From an uncultured Eubacteriales bacterium (GTDB taxonomy: Bacteria; Acidobacteriota; Aminicenantia; Aminicenantales; Aminicenantaceae): a stretch of DNA of 64,000 nucleotides. Both the position numbers and the translations under genes were made by a program. The notes beneath the pieces were generated by a model. It did not search any database. It had not been told where the DNA came from and saw only the letters and a list, made by a program, of their open reading frames with translations. Of this stretch, positions 18,751 to 27,412 are shown piece after piece. Location of the stretch: assembly GCA_964406575.1 (NCBI GenBank), contig CAYOSH010000001.1, positions 192,727 to 256,726 of the forward strand, read 5' to 3'. Each line of letters starts with the position of its first letter. Position 1 is the first letter of the stretch.

Positions 18751-19373
18751 CTGCCAGCGCCTGGTTTTGTGTCGCAGCTGATGTTTTTAGAAGCCAATCG
18801 CCCAGTCCGCTGTGAAAAGAGTCCACTGCTGGCGGAAATGATAGGGGAGGTCAAGAGGAATTGATTCTGCCCGATATCAGCAAAAACTTGCGGTAACGAG
18901 CGAGAACGGTCTTCTTGATAAATACTCTGAACCAGGGCTGTTTTTTGATGCTCTTCCTGGAGACGAAAGCTGAATTTTTGTGTTCTGTTGAGACCATCTT
19001 ATGAAGAAAGATATCGCTAAATCATCAAACATCATTATAATAATAAATCAAAAAAGCGTACTGATCATTGCAAATTCTGTGCTTTTCTATTCCTCATTTC
19101 ATTCCGAAACTGAGGCTCCTGCTATCACAGTTTTGAAAATGCTCCTCCCTGAGTGATACTCCCACGCAGCAAGCCGCGGGGGATCCTGCAAAGCTTTCGC
19201 TAAAAAAATTTAGAATATTAAAGAAAAAAAGGAATATAATATTCACCTTATTTTGTATTCCATGGAATGATGTCTCTTGGGAGCATTTCGATAAATTCAT
19301 GACTGTCCAGGAGAATTCTCGCATATCATGGATTTCATGTGTGGTGATAAAATTTTTTATGGAGGTATCTTAA

Positions 19374-21713
19374 ATGCTTAAAAAACGTCTTTGTATCTTC
19401 CTGGTTTTGATTGTGTCTTTTTTCTTTCTGAATGCTCCGGTCGTATTGGCTCAGAAAATGGATCGGTCGGACCAGTTCCGGCAGCTTTATCAGGAGCTGC
19501 CCACTCCCAATGAATACCGGACAGCCAGTGGTGCCCCGGGCCCAAAATACTGGCAGCAACGGGCTGACTATGATATCTCGGTTGAACTGGATGAGAATAA
19601 ACAGCGGATATACGGAACGGAAACCATTACGTATTTTAACAATTCTCCTGACGAACTCCCGTATATCTGGCTTCAGCTCGACCAGAACATGCGTGCCAAG
19701 GACTCGATAACGAAGAAGACCGAAACAGGCCGAATATCAGATACGATGGAATTCCGTTCTATCCATAGATTGCACAATGATTTTGATGGGGGGTTTAAAA
19801 TCGAATATGTGAAAGATGTCAATGGCAAAGATTTGCATTACCGTGTTGTAAACACCATGATGAGAGTTGACCTCCCCGATGCATTAAATCCAGATTCGCA
19901 ATATTCTTTTAACGTGAAATGGTGGTACAACATCAACGACAGAATGAAAATCGGTGGAAGGTCTGGATACGAATATTATGAAAAAGACGGAAATTATGTT
20001 TTTGCAATTGCCCAGTTCTTCCCGCGGATGGCCGTGTACAACGATACCGAAGGCTGGCAGCATAAACAGTTCCTCGGGAGCAGCGAATTCGCACTTCCAT
20101 TTGGGAATTATGTGGTCAAAATCAGCGTCCCCTCAGACCATATCGTAGGAGCAACTGGAATTTTACAGAATGCTGATGAGGTGCTCACAGACGCTCAACG
20201 ATCCAGGATTGAAAAGGCTCATAATACGACTAAAAGTCCTGTTTTGATTGTCATTGAAGCGGAGGCCATTCAGAACGAAAAATCACACGCAGATACGAAG
20301 AAGGACTGGGTCTTCAAAGCCGAAAACGTACGGGATTTTGCTTTTGCAAGCTCTCGGAAATTTATATGGGATGCCATGGCAGTAAAATTGGGGAAGCGAT
20401 CGCCTCTCGCCATGTCTTTTTACACTAAAGAGGGTAATCCTCTCTGGGAGAAATATTCAACCAACGCCGTCGCCCATGCATTGAGGGTTTACTCGAAATT
20501 TACATTCGACTTCCCCTATCCCAAAGCCATATCAGTCTTAATAGGAAGAGGCGGAGGGATGGAATATCCTATGATTTGCTTTAACGGCGGCAAACCCGAG
20601 CCGGACGGGACATACTCCAAGCGGTTGAAATACAGCCTTATCGGTGTGATCATCCATGAGGTTGGGCACAACTTCTTCCCGATGATAGTGAATTCCGACG
20701 AGCGTCAGTGGGAATGGATGGATGAAGGAATGAATACCTTTATGGAATACCTTGCAGAACAGGAATGGGACCGAAATTTTGCAGAAAGGGAGGGCCCGGC
20801 CTACACTGTGATCGACTATATGAAAAGCGACAGAAGGAGCTTATCGCCCATTATGTCGAGTCCCGACTCTGATTTACATGCGGGGAGTAATGCTTACGCC
20901 AAAACAGCCGCAGGACTCAATATCCTTCGGGAAACAATCATGGGGAGAGAACTGTTTGATTTTGCTTTCAAAGAGTATGCACAGAGGTGGATGTTCAAGC
21001 ATCCCACTCCCGCTGATTTTTTCCACACCATGGAGGACGCCTCTGGCATAGACCTTGACTGGTTCTGGCGGGGATGGTTTTTCGGCATCGATCATGTGGA
21101 TTTGGCCATTGACAATGTGAAGTGGTACAAAATAAACACGATGGAGCCACATTTGGCGAAATCTATAGAATACGAGGCTGAAAACCTAAACAGGAGGCGC
21201 TTTATCAGCAACATCCGCAATAAAGAGGACATCAAAGAGACAGCATTGGAAAAAGATCAATCCCTGGCTGATTTTTATGATGAATATGACCCTCTCGAGG
21301 TCACTGCTCTCGATGAAAAAGAATATAAAAAATACCTTGCCTCACTTACAGAAGAGGACATAGATTTGCTCAAGGCAGGCTCTAACTATTATGAAGTCGC
21401 TTTTTCCAATATCGGCGGGATGGTCATGCCAGTTGTCTTGAAATTTGAATATTCGGACGGTTCAAAAGAAATGAAAAGGATTCCTGCCGAGATATGGCGC
21501 AGATCCAATGATGCTGTGAAGAAAATCTTCGTCACAAAAAAAGAACTGCGTCATATCACCCTGGACCCCTTTCTCGAGACCGCTGATGTAGATGTGAGCA
21601 ATAATGTGTGGACTGTTCAAGAGAAGCCTGAGTATTTTAGGGCTAAAAAAAGTCCAAGCCCTTCGGAAAAGAATCCCATGCAACAAGCCAAAGAAAACAT
21701 TTTAAAAAAATAA
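19374..21713 (+). CDS. M1-family zinc metallopeptidase (aminopeptidase N-like), secreted
   Basis: GGAGG RBS and a signal peptide. 'VIIHEVGHNFF' is the HExxH motif, followed by 'WMDEGMNTFMEY' carrying the third ligand Glu. Confidence 0.85.
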   Translation: MLKKRLCIFLVLIVSFFFLNAPVVLAQKMDRSDQFRQLYQELPTPNEYRTASGAPGPKYWQQRADYDISVELDENKQRIYGTETITYFNNSPDELPYIWLQLDQNMRAKDSITKKTETGRISDTMEFRSIHRLHNDFDGGFKIEYVKDVNGKDLHYRVVNTMMRVDLPDALNPDSQYSFNVKWWYNINDRMKIGGRSGYEYYEKDGNYVFAIAQFFPRMAVYNDTEGWQHKQFLGSSEFALPFGNYVVKISVPSDHIVGATGILQNADEVLTDAQRSRIEKAHNTTKSPVLIVIEAEAIQNEKSHADTKKDWVFKAENVRDFAFASSRKFIWDAMAVKLGKRSPLAMSFYTKEGNPLWEKYSTNAVAHALRVYSKFTFDFPYPKAISVLIGRGGGMEYPMICFNGGKPEPDGTYSKRLKYSLIGVIIHEVGHNFFPMIVNSDERQWEWMDEGMNTFMEYLAEQEWDRNFAEREGPAYTVIDYMKSDRRSLSPIMSSPDSDLHAGSNAYAKTAAGLNILRETIMGRELFDFAFKEYAQRWMFKHPTPADFFHTMEDASGIDLDWFWRGWFFGIDHVDLAIDNVKWYKINTMEPHLAKSIEYEAENLNRRRFISNIRNKEDIKETALEKDQSLADFYDEYDPLEVTALDEKEYKKYLASLTEEDIDLLKAGSNYYEVAFSNIGGMVMPVVLKFEYSDGSKEMKRIPAEIWRRSNDAVKKIFVTKKELRHITLDPFLETADVDVSNNVWTVQEKPEYFRAKKSPSPSEKNPMQQAKENILKK

Positions 21714-21752
21714 TCTATGTGTGACTTCGTAGAAAATGAGGAGGTTTTTTCA

Positions 21753-24428
21753 ATGTCTAAGAATCTGGCAAAAGTCAAGTATCCTGTTTTAGGATTGTTA
21801 ATCCTGATTTTATCCATTTGCCTCCCATTATCGTCCTGGAGTCAGTCAGGATCAGAATCAGAGCCGAATGATGAACGGGACCATGCTAATGAACTCCGTC
21901 TGGGCCAGGCTGTTGAGGGACTTTTCCAGGTCGAAGATGATGAAGATTGGTATAAGTTTGTGGTCAGCCAATCAGGCAAAAACATCATTCGGATTGACCT
22001 AACCGGGGTTGCTGGCGTCAACTCCTATCTTGAAATTTACAATGACAAAGAAGAAAAGCTTAAAGAATCAGATATAGGCGACGATGGGGAGGGCGAGGCG
22101 ATTATCAATTTTGGAGTAACTGAGGGTATCTACTATATTGAGGTTGGTGGTCGTCAGAAGAATGAAAAAGATAAATATTTGCTCAGCACCAAACTCCTCG
22201 GCCCCTGGCAGGAGGACCAAGAATTCGAGCCGAATGATGAGCTAGAACAAGCTAATAAAATCAAATTAGGGAAAGTAGTCAAAGGGTTCGCCTATCCTGA
22301 CACAGACAAAGATTGGTATGCAGTTACAGTGCCAGAGTCTGGCTTGGATATATTGATTGTTGAGTTGTCTGCTCTGGATGGAGTGGATTTATTGCTTGAA
22401 TTACTTGATGCTGATGGCCGAGAACTTAAGCAAGCAAATAACGGAGAAATAGACGAGAAAGAGATGATCGTTAGGATGAAAGTTAAGCCTGGCAAATATT
22501 ACATTATGGTCAACAATTACGGCTTTAATACAGAGACAGCTTATACTTTAAGAGCGGGTAAGCCGACTGTGCCTCCTGCAACGCCAGAGGAAGTAAATAA
22601 GGCCCTAACTAAAGCCTTAGATGGGCTGGCTCGTACACAATTGAAGGAAGGAGAATGGTCGTCAAACGTATCGGCTATTGGTATATCCGGACTTGCCTTG
22701 ATGGCTTTTCTAGGTGCTGAGTGTATCCAGAAAGATTATATTCAAAATATTAAAGCCGCCGTAAACTTTCTTAAAAGCAAATATCTTCCCAGTTCTAACT
22801 ATGAATCAGGTTCTAAAGAGAGAGCTTATTATGGAGGATTGATTGCTTCAGCTTACAGCACAATGTACGAGCATGCCATCGCAACTCTGGCTTTAATTGA
22901 GGCGATTGTCAATGATAATGATCTTAATTTGGAGCCAATGATAGAGGATGCGCTTCAGTTGATCCTACGGGTCCAAAATACGGAGCATAAACCTGTGTTA
23001 CTCGGTGGGCCTATAAATGATCAATCGGATTATTATGGCGGCTGGCGTTATGATCCGGATAGCACGGAGAGCGATATGTCAGTCTCCGGCTGGCAAATTT
23101 TAGCCCTTAAAGGTGCTCTGAGTGCAGGATTTGAAATACCCGAATGGTCTTTGTCAAATGCCGCTCATTTCCTCAGAGCCTGTTATGATAAGGATGAACA
23201 GGCTTTTACCTACCAGCCTGGAGGAGGAGGTGTTGGCTGTGCCCGGACGGGTATCGGCGCATTGGGGTTGCAATTGTGCGGATACCCCGATGACCCGTTC
23301 ATCCCGCCTGCTTTGCGTTTTATGCAAAACAACCCTCCTCTCTGGGCAATTGAGGAACCCGGGGAAGGCTGGCCTTTCTATTATTGGTATTACGGCACAA
23401 GGGCAATGCTGAAAGCAGGAGGTGAAGACTGGCGCATCTGGAAAACATGGATGTGCCGGCTCCTTGTCGACAATCAGAATGATGATGGCAGTTGGGATAG
23501 CGAGCAGAACGAAGCGGGAATGGGGGTTTACTCAACATCATTGGGTGCCTTAATGCTTGAATTCTGTTGTGGCCATGTCCCGATCTACATGCGGGAAAAA
23601 ATCCAAATGCCTGGACTGGTTGAGGTCGCTTTCAAGGAAGAGGCAAAGAAACAGGCGACAAAGAATGTAGAGTTGATCCTGGACGCCTCGAATTCGATGT
23701 GGGGCCAGATTGAAGGAGAAAGCAAAATTGCAATTGCCAAGTCGGTCCTCAACCAAATTATCAACGGACTTCCGGACGAAATGAATGTTGGTCTGCGCAT
23801 TTATGGTCACCGCTATCCTCTCAATGATAAACGTGCCTGCCAAGACACCCAGCTGGTTGTCGGGATTGGAGCAGTGGCCAAAGATCGACTCATCGAGAGC
23901 ATCAATAAAATTCAGCCCAAAGGGAAAACCCCACTAGTTTATTCGGTTCTTCAAGCAGGAAAAGATTTTGAACAAATTGCCAATGGGAGCATTATTCTCA
24001 TTACCGATGGCATTGAGAGCTGTCACGGGGATATAAATTCTATCGCTCCGGCTCTCAAGAAATTAGGGATTGGGCTTAAGGTGCATATCGTGGGCTTTGA
24101 TATTAAAGAGGCGGCCTCCCGACAACAATTGGAGACTATCGCCAAATCCACGGGGGGAGTTTATCTGGATGCCAAAGACTCTCAGCAATTGCTGAGTTCG
24201 CTCCAGCAGACATTGCAGATTGAATATATAGTCCTTGATGAAAAAGGAGGAATAAAAGGCAAGGGCTTCGTGGGCGGGAAACCACTCAGAGTCATGGGAG
24301 GAAGCTACAGACTTCGTCTATTGCTGGAACCGGAACCTTTAGAGATTATGATAACCGTTAAGCCAGGCCATAAATCGATATTTCTTCTTACGAAAGAGAA
24401 GGAAAATTGGGCCATTAAAGAAAAATAA
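21753..24428 (+). CDS. Multidomain secreted protein: 2x pre-peptidase C-terminal (PPC)-like, an alpha/alpha-toroid (prenyltransferase / squalene-oxidase-repeat-like) domain, a VWA domain and a C-terminal beta domain
   Basis: GAGGAGG RBS before the ATG at 21753, and a signal peptide. There are two 'EPND(E)..(H/Q)AN.(L/I).LG..V.G......D.DWY' repeats. 'GGWRYDPDSTESDMSVSGWQILALKGA' and 'DDGSWDSE' are toroid repeats. The VWA MIDAS residues are 'DASNSM', 'GKTPL' and 'ITDGIES'. Confidence 0.8.
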   Translation: MSKNLAKVKYPVLGLLILILSICLPLSSWSQSGSESEPNDERDHANELRLGQAVEGLFQVEDDEDWYKFVVSQSGKNIIRIDLTGVAGVNSYLEIYNDKEEKLKESDIGDDGEGEAIINFGVTEGIYYIEVGGRQKNEKDKYLLSTKLLGPWQEDQEFEPNDELEQANKIKLGKVVKGFAYPDTDKDWYAVTVPESGLDILIVELSALDGVDLLLELLDADGRELKQANNGEIDEKEMIVRMKVKPGKYYIMVNNYGFNTETAYTLRAGKPTVPPATPEEVNKALTKALDGLARTQLKEGEWSSNVSAIGISGLALMAFLGAECIQKDYIQNIKAAVNFLKSKYLPSSNYESGSKERAYYGGLIASAYSTMYEHAIATLALIEAIVNDNDLNLEPMIEDALQLILRVQNTEHKPVLLGGPINDQSDYYGGWRYDPDSTESDMSVSGWQILALKGALSAGFEIPEWSLSNAAHFLRACYDKDEQAFTYQPGGGGVGCARTGIGALGLQLCGYPDDPFIPPALRFMQNNPPLWAIEEPGEGWPFYYWYYGTRAMLKAGGEDWRIWKTWMCRLLVDNQNDDGSWDSEQNEAGMGVYSTSLGALMLEFCCGHVPIYMREKIQMPGLVEVAFKEEAKKQATKNVELILDASNSMWGQIEGESKIAIAKSVLNQIINGLPDEMNVGLRIYGHRYPLNDKRACQDTQLVVGIGAVAKDRLIESINKIQPKGKTPLVYSVLQAGKDFEQIANGSIILITDGIESCHGDINSIAPALKKLGIGLKVHIVGFDIKEAASRQQLETIAKSTGGVYLDAKDSQQLLSSLQQTLQIEYIVLDEKGGIKGKGFVGGKPLRVMGGSYRLRLLLEPEPLEIMITVKPGHKSIFLLTKEKENWAIKEK

Positions 24429-24661
24429 GATAAAGTGTTCATGTCGAGAATCTCATGATACTTTCGATTCTTTTGTTTCAAGCTCCATCCATGCATCAAC
24501 AAAGAATTGACACAATCCGCGACGGGAGTCAAGGGGACCCGGAAACCTCGAACTCTGTCAGTCCCGGCGAAACGACTTGCTTTCTCAGGATGGAGGCCAT
24601 AAGATATTTGTCTCTTATTCATTAAGTTAATAACTCATTCGTATCATTGCGGAGAACGCGA

Positions 24662-26857
24662 ATGAATTCATCGGCACTTATCAGAATCATCGTCTTTCTC
24701 GTCACGGCCTCCCTTCTCTCCGGAGCGGCCGTCCGGGCCGCGACAGTCTCAGGCGCCCCGAAAAAAGATCCGGCCAGGGAGCAGAAATCCGGCGAAACGG
24801 CGGCGAAGGAGAGATCCGGGCAGCAAGCTCAGGAGAAAGAACCCGGCAAGAAGGAGACGAATGTCGAGATCACTGTCACGGCACCGCGCGTCGAGATTCC
24901 GCTTAAGAAGAATCCCGCCGCGACCACGGTCGTCGAAACCTCCGTCCTCAAATTGATACCGCGGACCATCGGTATCGACGAGGTGATGAAGCTTGTCCCC
25001 GGTGTCAAGATCGACAATCAGGCCGATGGAGAGCGGGTCCACCTCTCGATCCGCGGAGAGGGTATCCTGACCGAGCGCGGCACGCGCGGAATCAGGACCA
25101 TCGTCGACGGCATCCCGCTCAACGACCCCTCCGGTTATGTATCCGATTTCTACGACGTGGACTGGGCCACGGTGAGGCGGGTCGAGGTCCTGCGCGGGCC
25201 CGCGGCGGCCTTTTATGGGAGCAGCTCGTCGGGAGGAATCATCAACGTCCTGAGCCGCGACGGAGGGCCCGATCCCGTGTCTGGCAACGCCTACCTCCTC
25301 CGTGGCGCCTTCGGGCTCAAGAAAGGCCTGGGTGAGATGGGCGGAACGGTCGGTATCATGAACTACAACATCGCGGGCTCCATGCTCACAGGCGACGGCT
25401 ATCGCGATCAGTCGGCCTACAAGGCGGACAACGCCCGCGGCAAGTTCGCCTTTACCCTCAGCCCGACCGTGAAGATCACGGCCATCCTCAGCTGGACGGA
25501 CTTCTTCAACCAGAATCCCGAGGGCCTCAACCTCGATTGGTTCAGCGCCGATCCTAAGGTCCTGCGACGTAAGGCCAACCCCGACTCGTACACGTTCAAC
25601 GAATACCAGAAGACCCAGCGTGCGACCGGGGGCCTCGTCGGTTCGATCGGCCTCAACCAGAACCTCGACCTAGCGGTGACAGTCTATTACCGTCACACGA
25701 AGTACACAGAATCCGTTCCGTCTTCTGTGATCCACCGCGATTTCGATCTCCCCGGGTTCACTCTCCAGATCAACCACAAGTCCGTCCAAGGAAGCCTCAA
25801 GAACCACCTCAGCGCCGGGGTCGACTACGCCTGGCAGTCGTTTGACGAGCTCAAGCACCCGAACCTCGGCGGCGCTGTGGAAGGGCCGGACATCCTGTCC
25901 GAACAGACCACGACCCAGACCGGTGCGGGGATCTTCGTCATCGACCGGCTCGAGATCGGACAGCACTGGGGAGTGTCGGCAATCGGCCGCTACGATCGGA
26001 TTACCAACGAGCTCGACGACCATCTCCAGGCCGGCGGCGTCGATCTGTCCGGTAATGTCGCTTACAAGAGAGCGACTGGGCGGATCGGAGTAACCTGGAA
26101 TCCGCTCGCCGATTTCGGCCTCTACGCGAGCTGGGGCACAGGATTCCTGCCTCCCGGGACCGAGGAACTGGTCAACAACCCGTACGCACTCGGAGGGTAC
26201 AACACCGCGCTCGTCGCGGCCACGTCGAGTGGCGAGGAGATCGGGATGCGCGGATCGCTTGGTAAGTCGCTGAGCTACGACATCGCCCTTTTCCACCTAG
26301 CGACGAGGAACGATTTCGGCCGCTACCGAATCGTCGACCGGCCTTTAGAAACGTTTTACGGCCACGTCGGCTCAACCAAGCGATACGGTCTCGAAACGTC
26401 CCTGGCTTGGTTCCCCGTTGACTCCCTGATCATTAGACTGGCCTACACTTATTCCCATTTCAAGTATGACACCGTCGAAACCCTCACCGGAGAAACCTAC
26501 ACGGACACGTGGCTTCCCAACATTCCCGAGCACCAGCTCTACGCCGACACGGAATATCGTGTCACTCGCTCCCTGACGGCCGGGGCCGGGTTCGAATACG
26601 TCAGCGCCTGGTACGTCGATTCAACGAACAGGATCCTCGAGAACGGATACGGCCGCACGGACCCGTACACACTTGTCCACGTGCGCCTCGCGTACAGGTT
26701 CGAGTTCGAGGGGATGCCTCTGGAGCTCATCCTTTCGGGCCGCAACATCTTCAACGTCCTCTACTACGGATTCACGGAGCCCGACCCGGACGGGAACTCT
26801 TACCAGCCGGCGCCGACAGCCGAGTGGTCGCTAGGCCTGCGCATGAGCTTCAAGTGA
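24662..26857 (+). CDS. TonB-dependent outer-membrane receptor
   Basis: GGAGAA lies 5 nt before the ATG at 24662, and a signal peptide follows. The plug contains 'VEVLRGPAAAFYGSSSSGGIINV'. A long beta-barrel region has alternating aromatic and Gly residues. The gene is markedly GC-richer than its neighbours. Confidence 0.85.
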   Translation: MNSSALIRIIVFLVTASLLSGAAVRAATVSGAPKKDPAREQKSGETAAKERSGQQAQEKEPGKKETNVEITVTAPRVEIPLKKNPAATTVVETSVLKLIPRTIGIDEVMKLVPGVKIDNQADGERVHLSIRGEGILTERGTRGIRTIVDGIPLNDPSGYVSDFYDVDWATVRRVEVLRGPAAAFYGSSSSGGIINVLSRDGGPDPVSGNAYLLRGAFGLKKGLGEMGGTVGIMNYNIAGSMLTGDGYRDQSAYKADNARGKFAFTLSPTVKITAILSWTDFFNQNPEGLNLDWFSADPKVLRRKANPDSYTFNEYQKTQRATGGLVGSIGLNQNLDLAVTVYYRHTKYTESVPSSVIHRDFDLPGFTLQINHKSVQGSLKNHLSAGVDYAWQSFDELKHPNLGGAVEGPDILSEQTTTQTGAGIFVIDRLEIGQHWGVSAIGRYDRITNELDDHLQAGGVDLSGNVAYKRATGRIGVTWNPLADFGLYASWGTGFLPPGTEELVNNPYALGGYNTALVAATSSGEEIGMRGSLGKSLSYDIALFHLATRNDFGRYRIVDRPLETFYGHVGSTKRYGLETSLAWFPVDSLIIRLAYTYSHFKYDTVETLTGETYTDTWLPNIPEHQLYADTEYRVTRSLTAGAGFEYVSAWYVDSTNRILENGYGRTDPYTLVHVRLAYRFEFEGMPLELILSGRNIFNVLYYGFTEPDPDGNSYQPAPTAEWSLGLRMSFK

Positions 26858-26901
26858 GGGCTGGGAATCTGATTTATAGGGATTTCTTTTCTGCTCTTGC
26901 T

Positions 26902-26996
26902 CCAAATCCCTCACAATTTTTCTCAATTTCCACCCACTGACATCCTGAAATGAAAGGATTACATCCAAACCGACAAGGTCAACGACTCAAAAAGCG
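26902..26996 (+). repeat. 95-nt intergenic repeat, copy 1
   Basis: It aligns without gaps to 29145-29239, with 84/95 positions identical by hand count, in the same orientation. Confidence 0.85.
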
Positions 26997-27116
26997 AAGT
27001 AAATCCGTAGAAACCTCCAAACAATAAAGTTTAAAATAGTTTCGAGTCTCGAATCATGCCCCTCGGCTGCCATCAGGAGTTCCAGTTGAGCAATACAAGG
27101 CGGAGGTGGCCGCATT

Positions 27117-27305
27117 GTGGCTGGGATCGCGCGCAAGATCGTACATAAAATCCTGAGGAAATCTGACGTTGATGAGGCAATCATTAAATTTGTTGCCAGT
27201 TTGACCTTCGTCCTGATCATTGTTTTTGCCGTCATCGCCGCTCTGGCAAAGTTCGGCGTGCAGACAGCATCATTTGTAGCGGTTCTAGAAACTGCCGGTT
27301 TTTGA
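27117..27305 (+). pseudogene. MscS-type mechanosensitive channel remnant (TM2-TM3 region only)
   Basis: 'IIKFVASLTFVLIIVFAVIAALAKFGVQTASFVAVLETAGF*' resembles the conserved MscS 'V..L....I..L..LGI.T.S..A.LGAAG(L/F)' pore-helix region. It terminates exactly where the conserved helix continues in intact channels. An in-frame stop lies at 27087-27089, and the beta-domain is absent. Confidence 0.55.
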
Positions 27306-27412
27306 GCAGATCTTCGTGTCCTTTGAAATCATCCAAGGAAGAAGTGTCTTTGCACGGTTTTGTTGTCCTTTGACCTTTCGGATATCCACCGGTAGAGATT
27401 TAACCAGGTGAC

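Noticed and set aside
24429-24661. A possible cobalamin or TPP riboswitch upstream of the TonB-dependent receptor.
   Set aside because: Only loose resemblance is present: 'GGGGACCCGGAAACC...TCCCGGCGAAACGAC'. The conserved GGTG...AA.TCC core and the B12 box are not identifiable by eye, and there is no CUGAGA/TPP core in the right orientation. An Infernal scan would settle it, so I do not claim it.
26509-26940. A 143-aa plus-strand ORF overlapping the 3' end of the TonB receptor in another frame and running into repeat copy 1.
   Set aside because: Its Arg/Pro/Gly-rich translation is typical of an off-frame reading of a GC-rich gene, and the receptor frame is validated through to its C-terminal strand.
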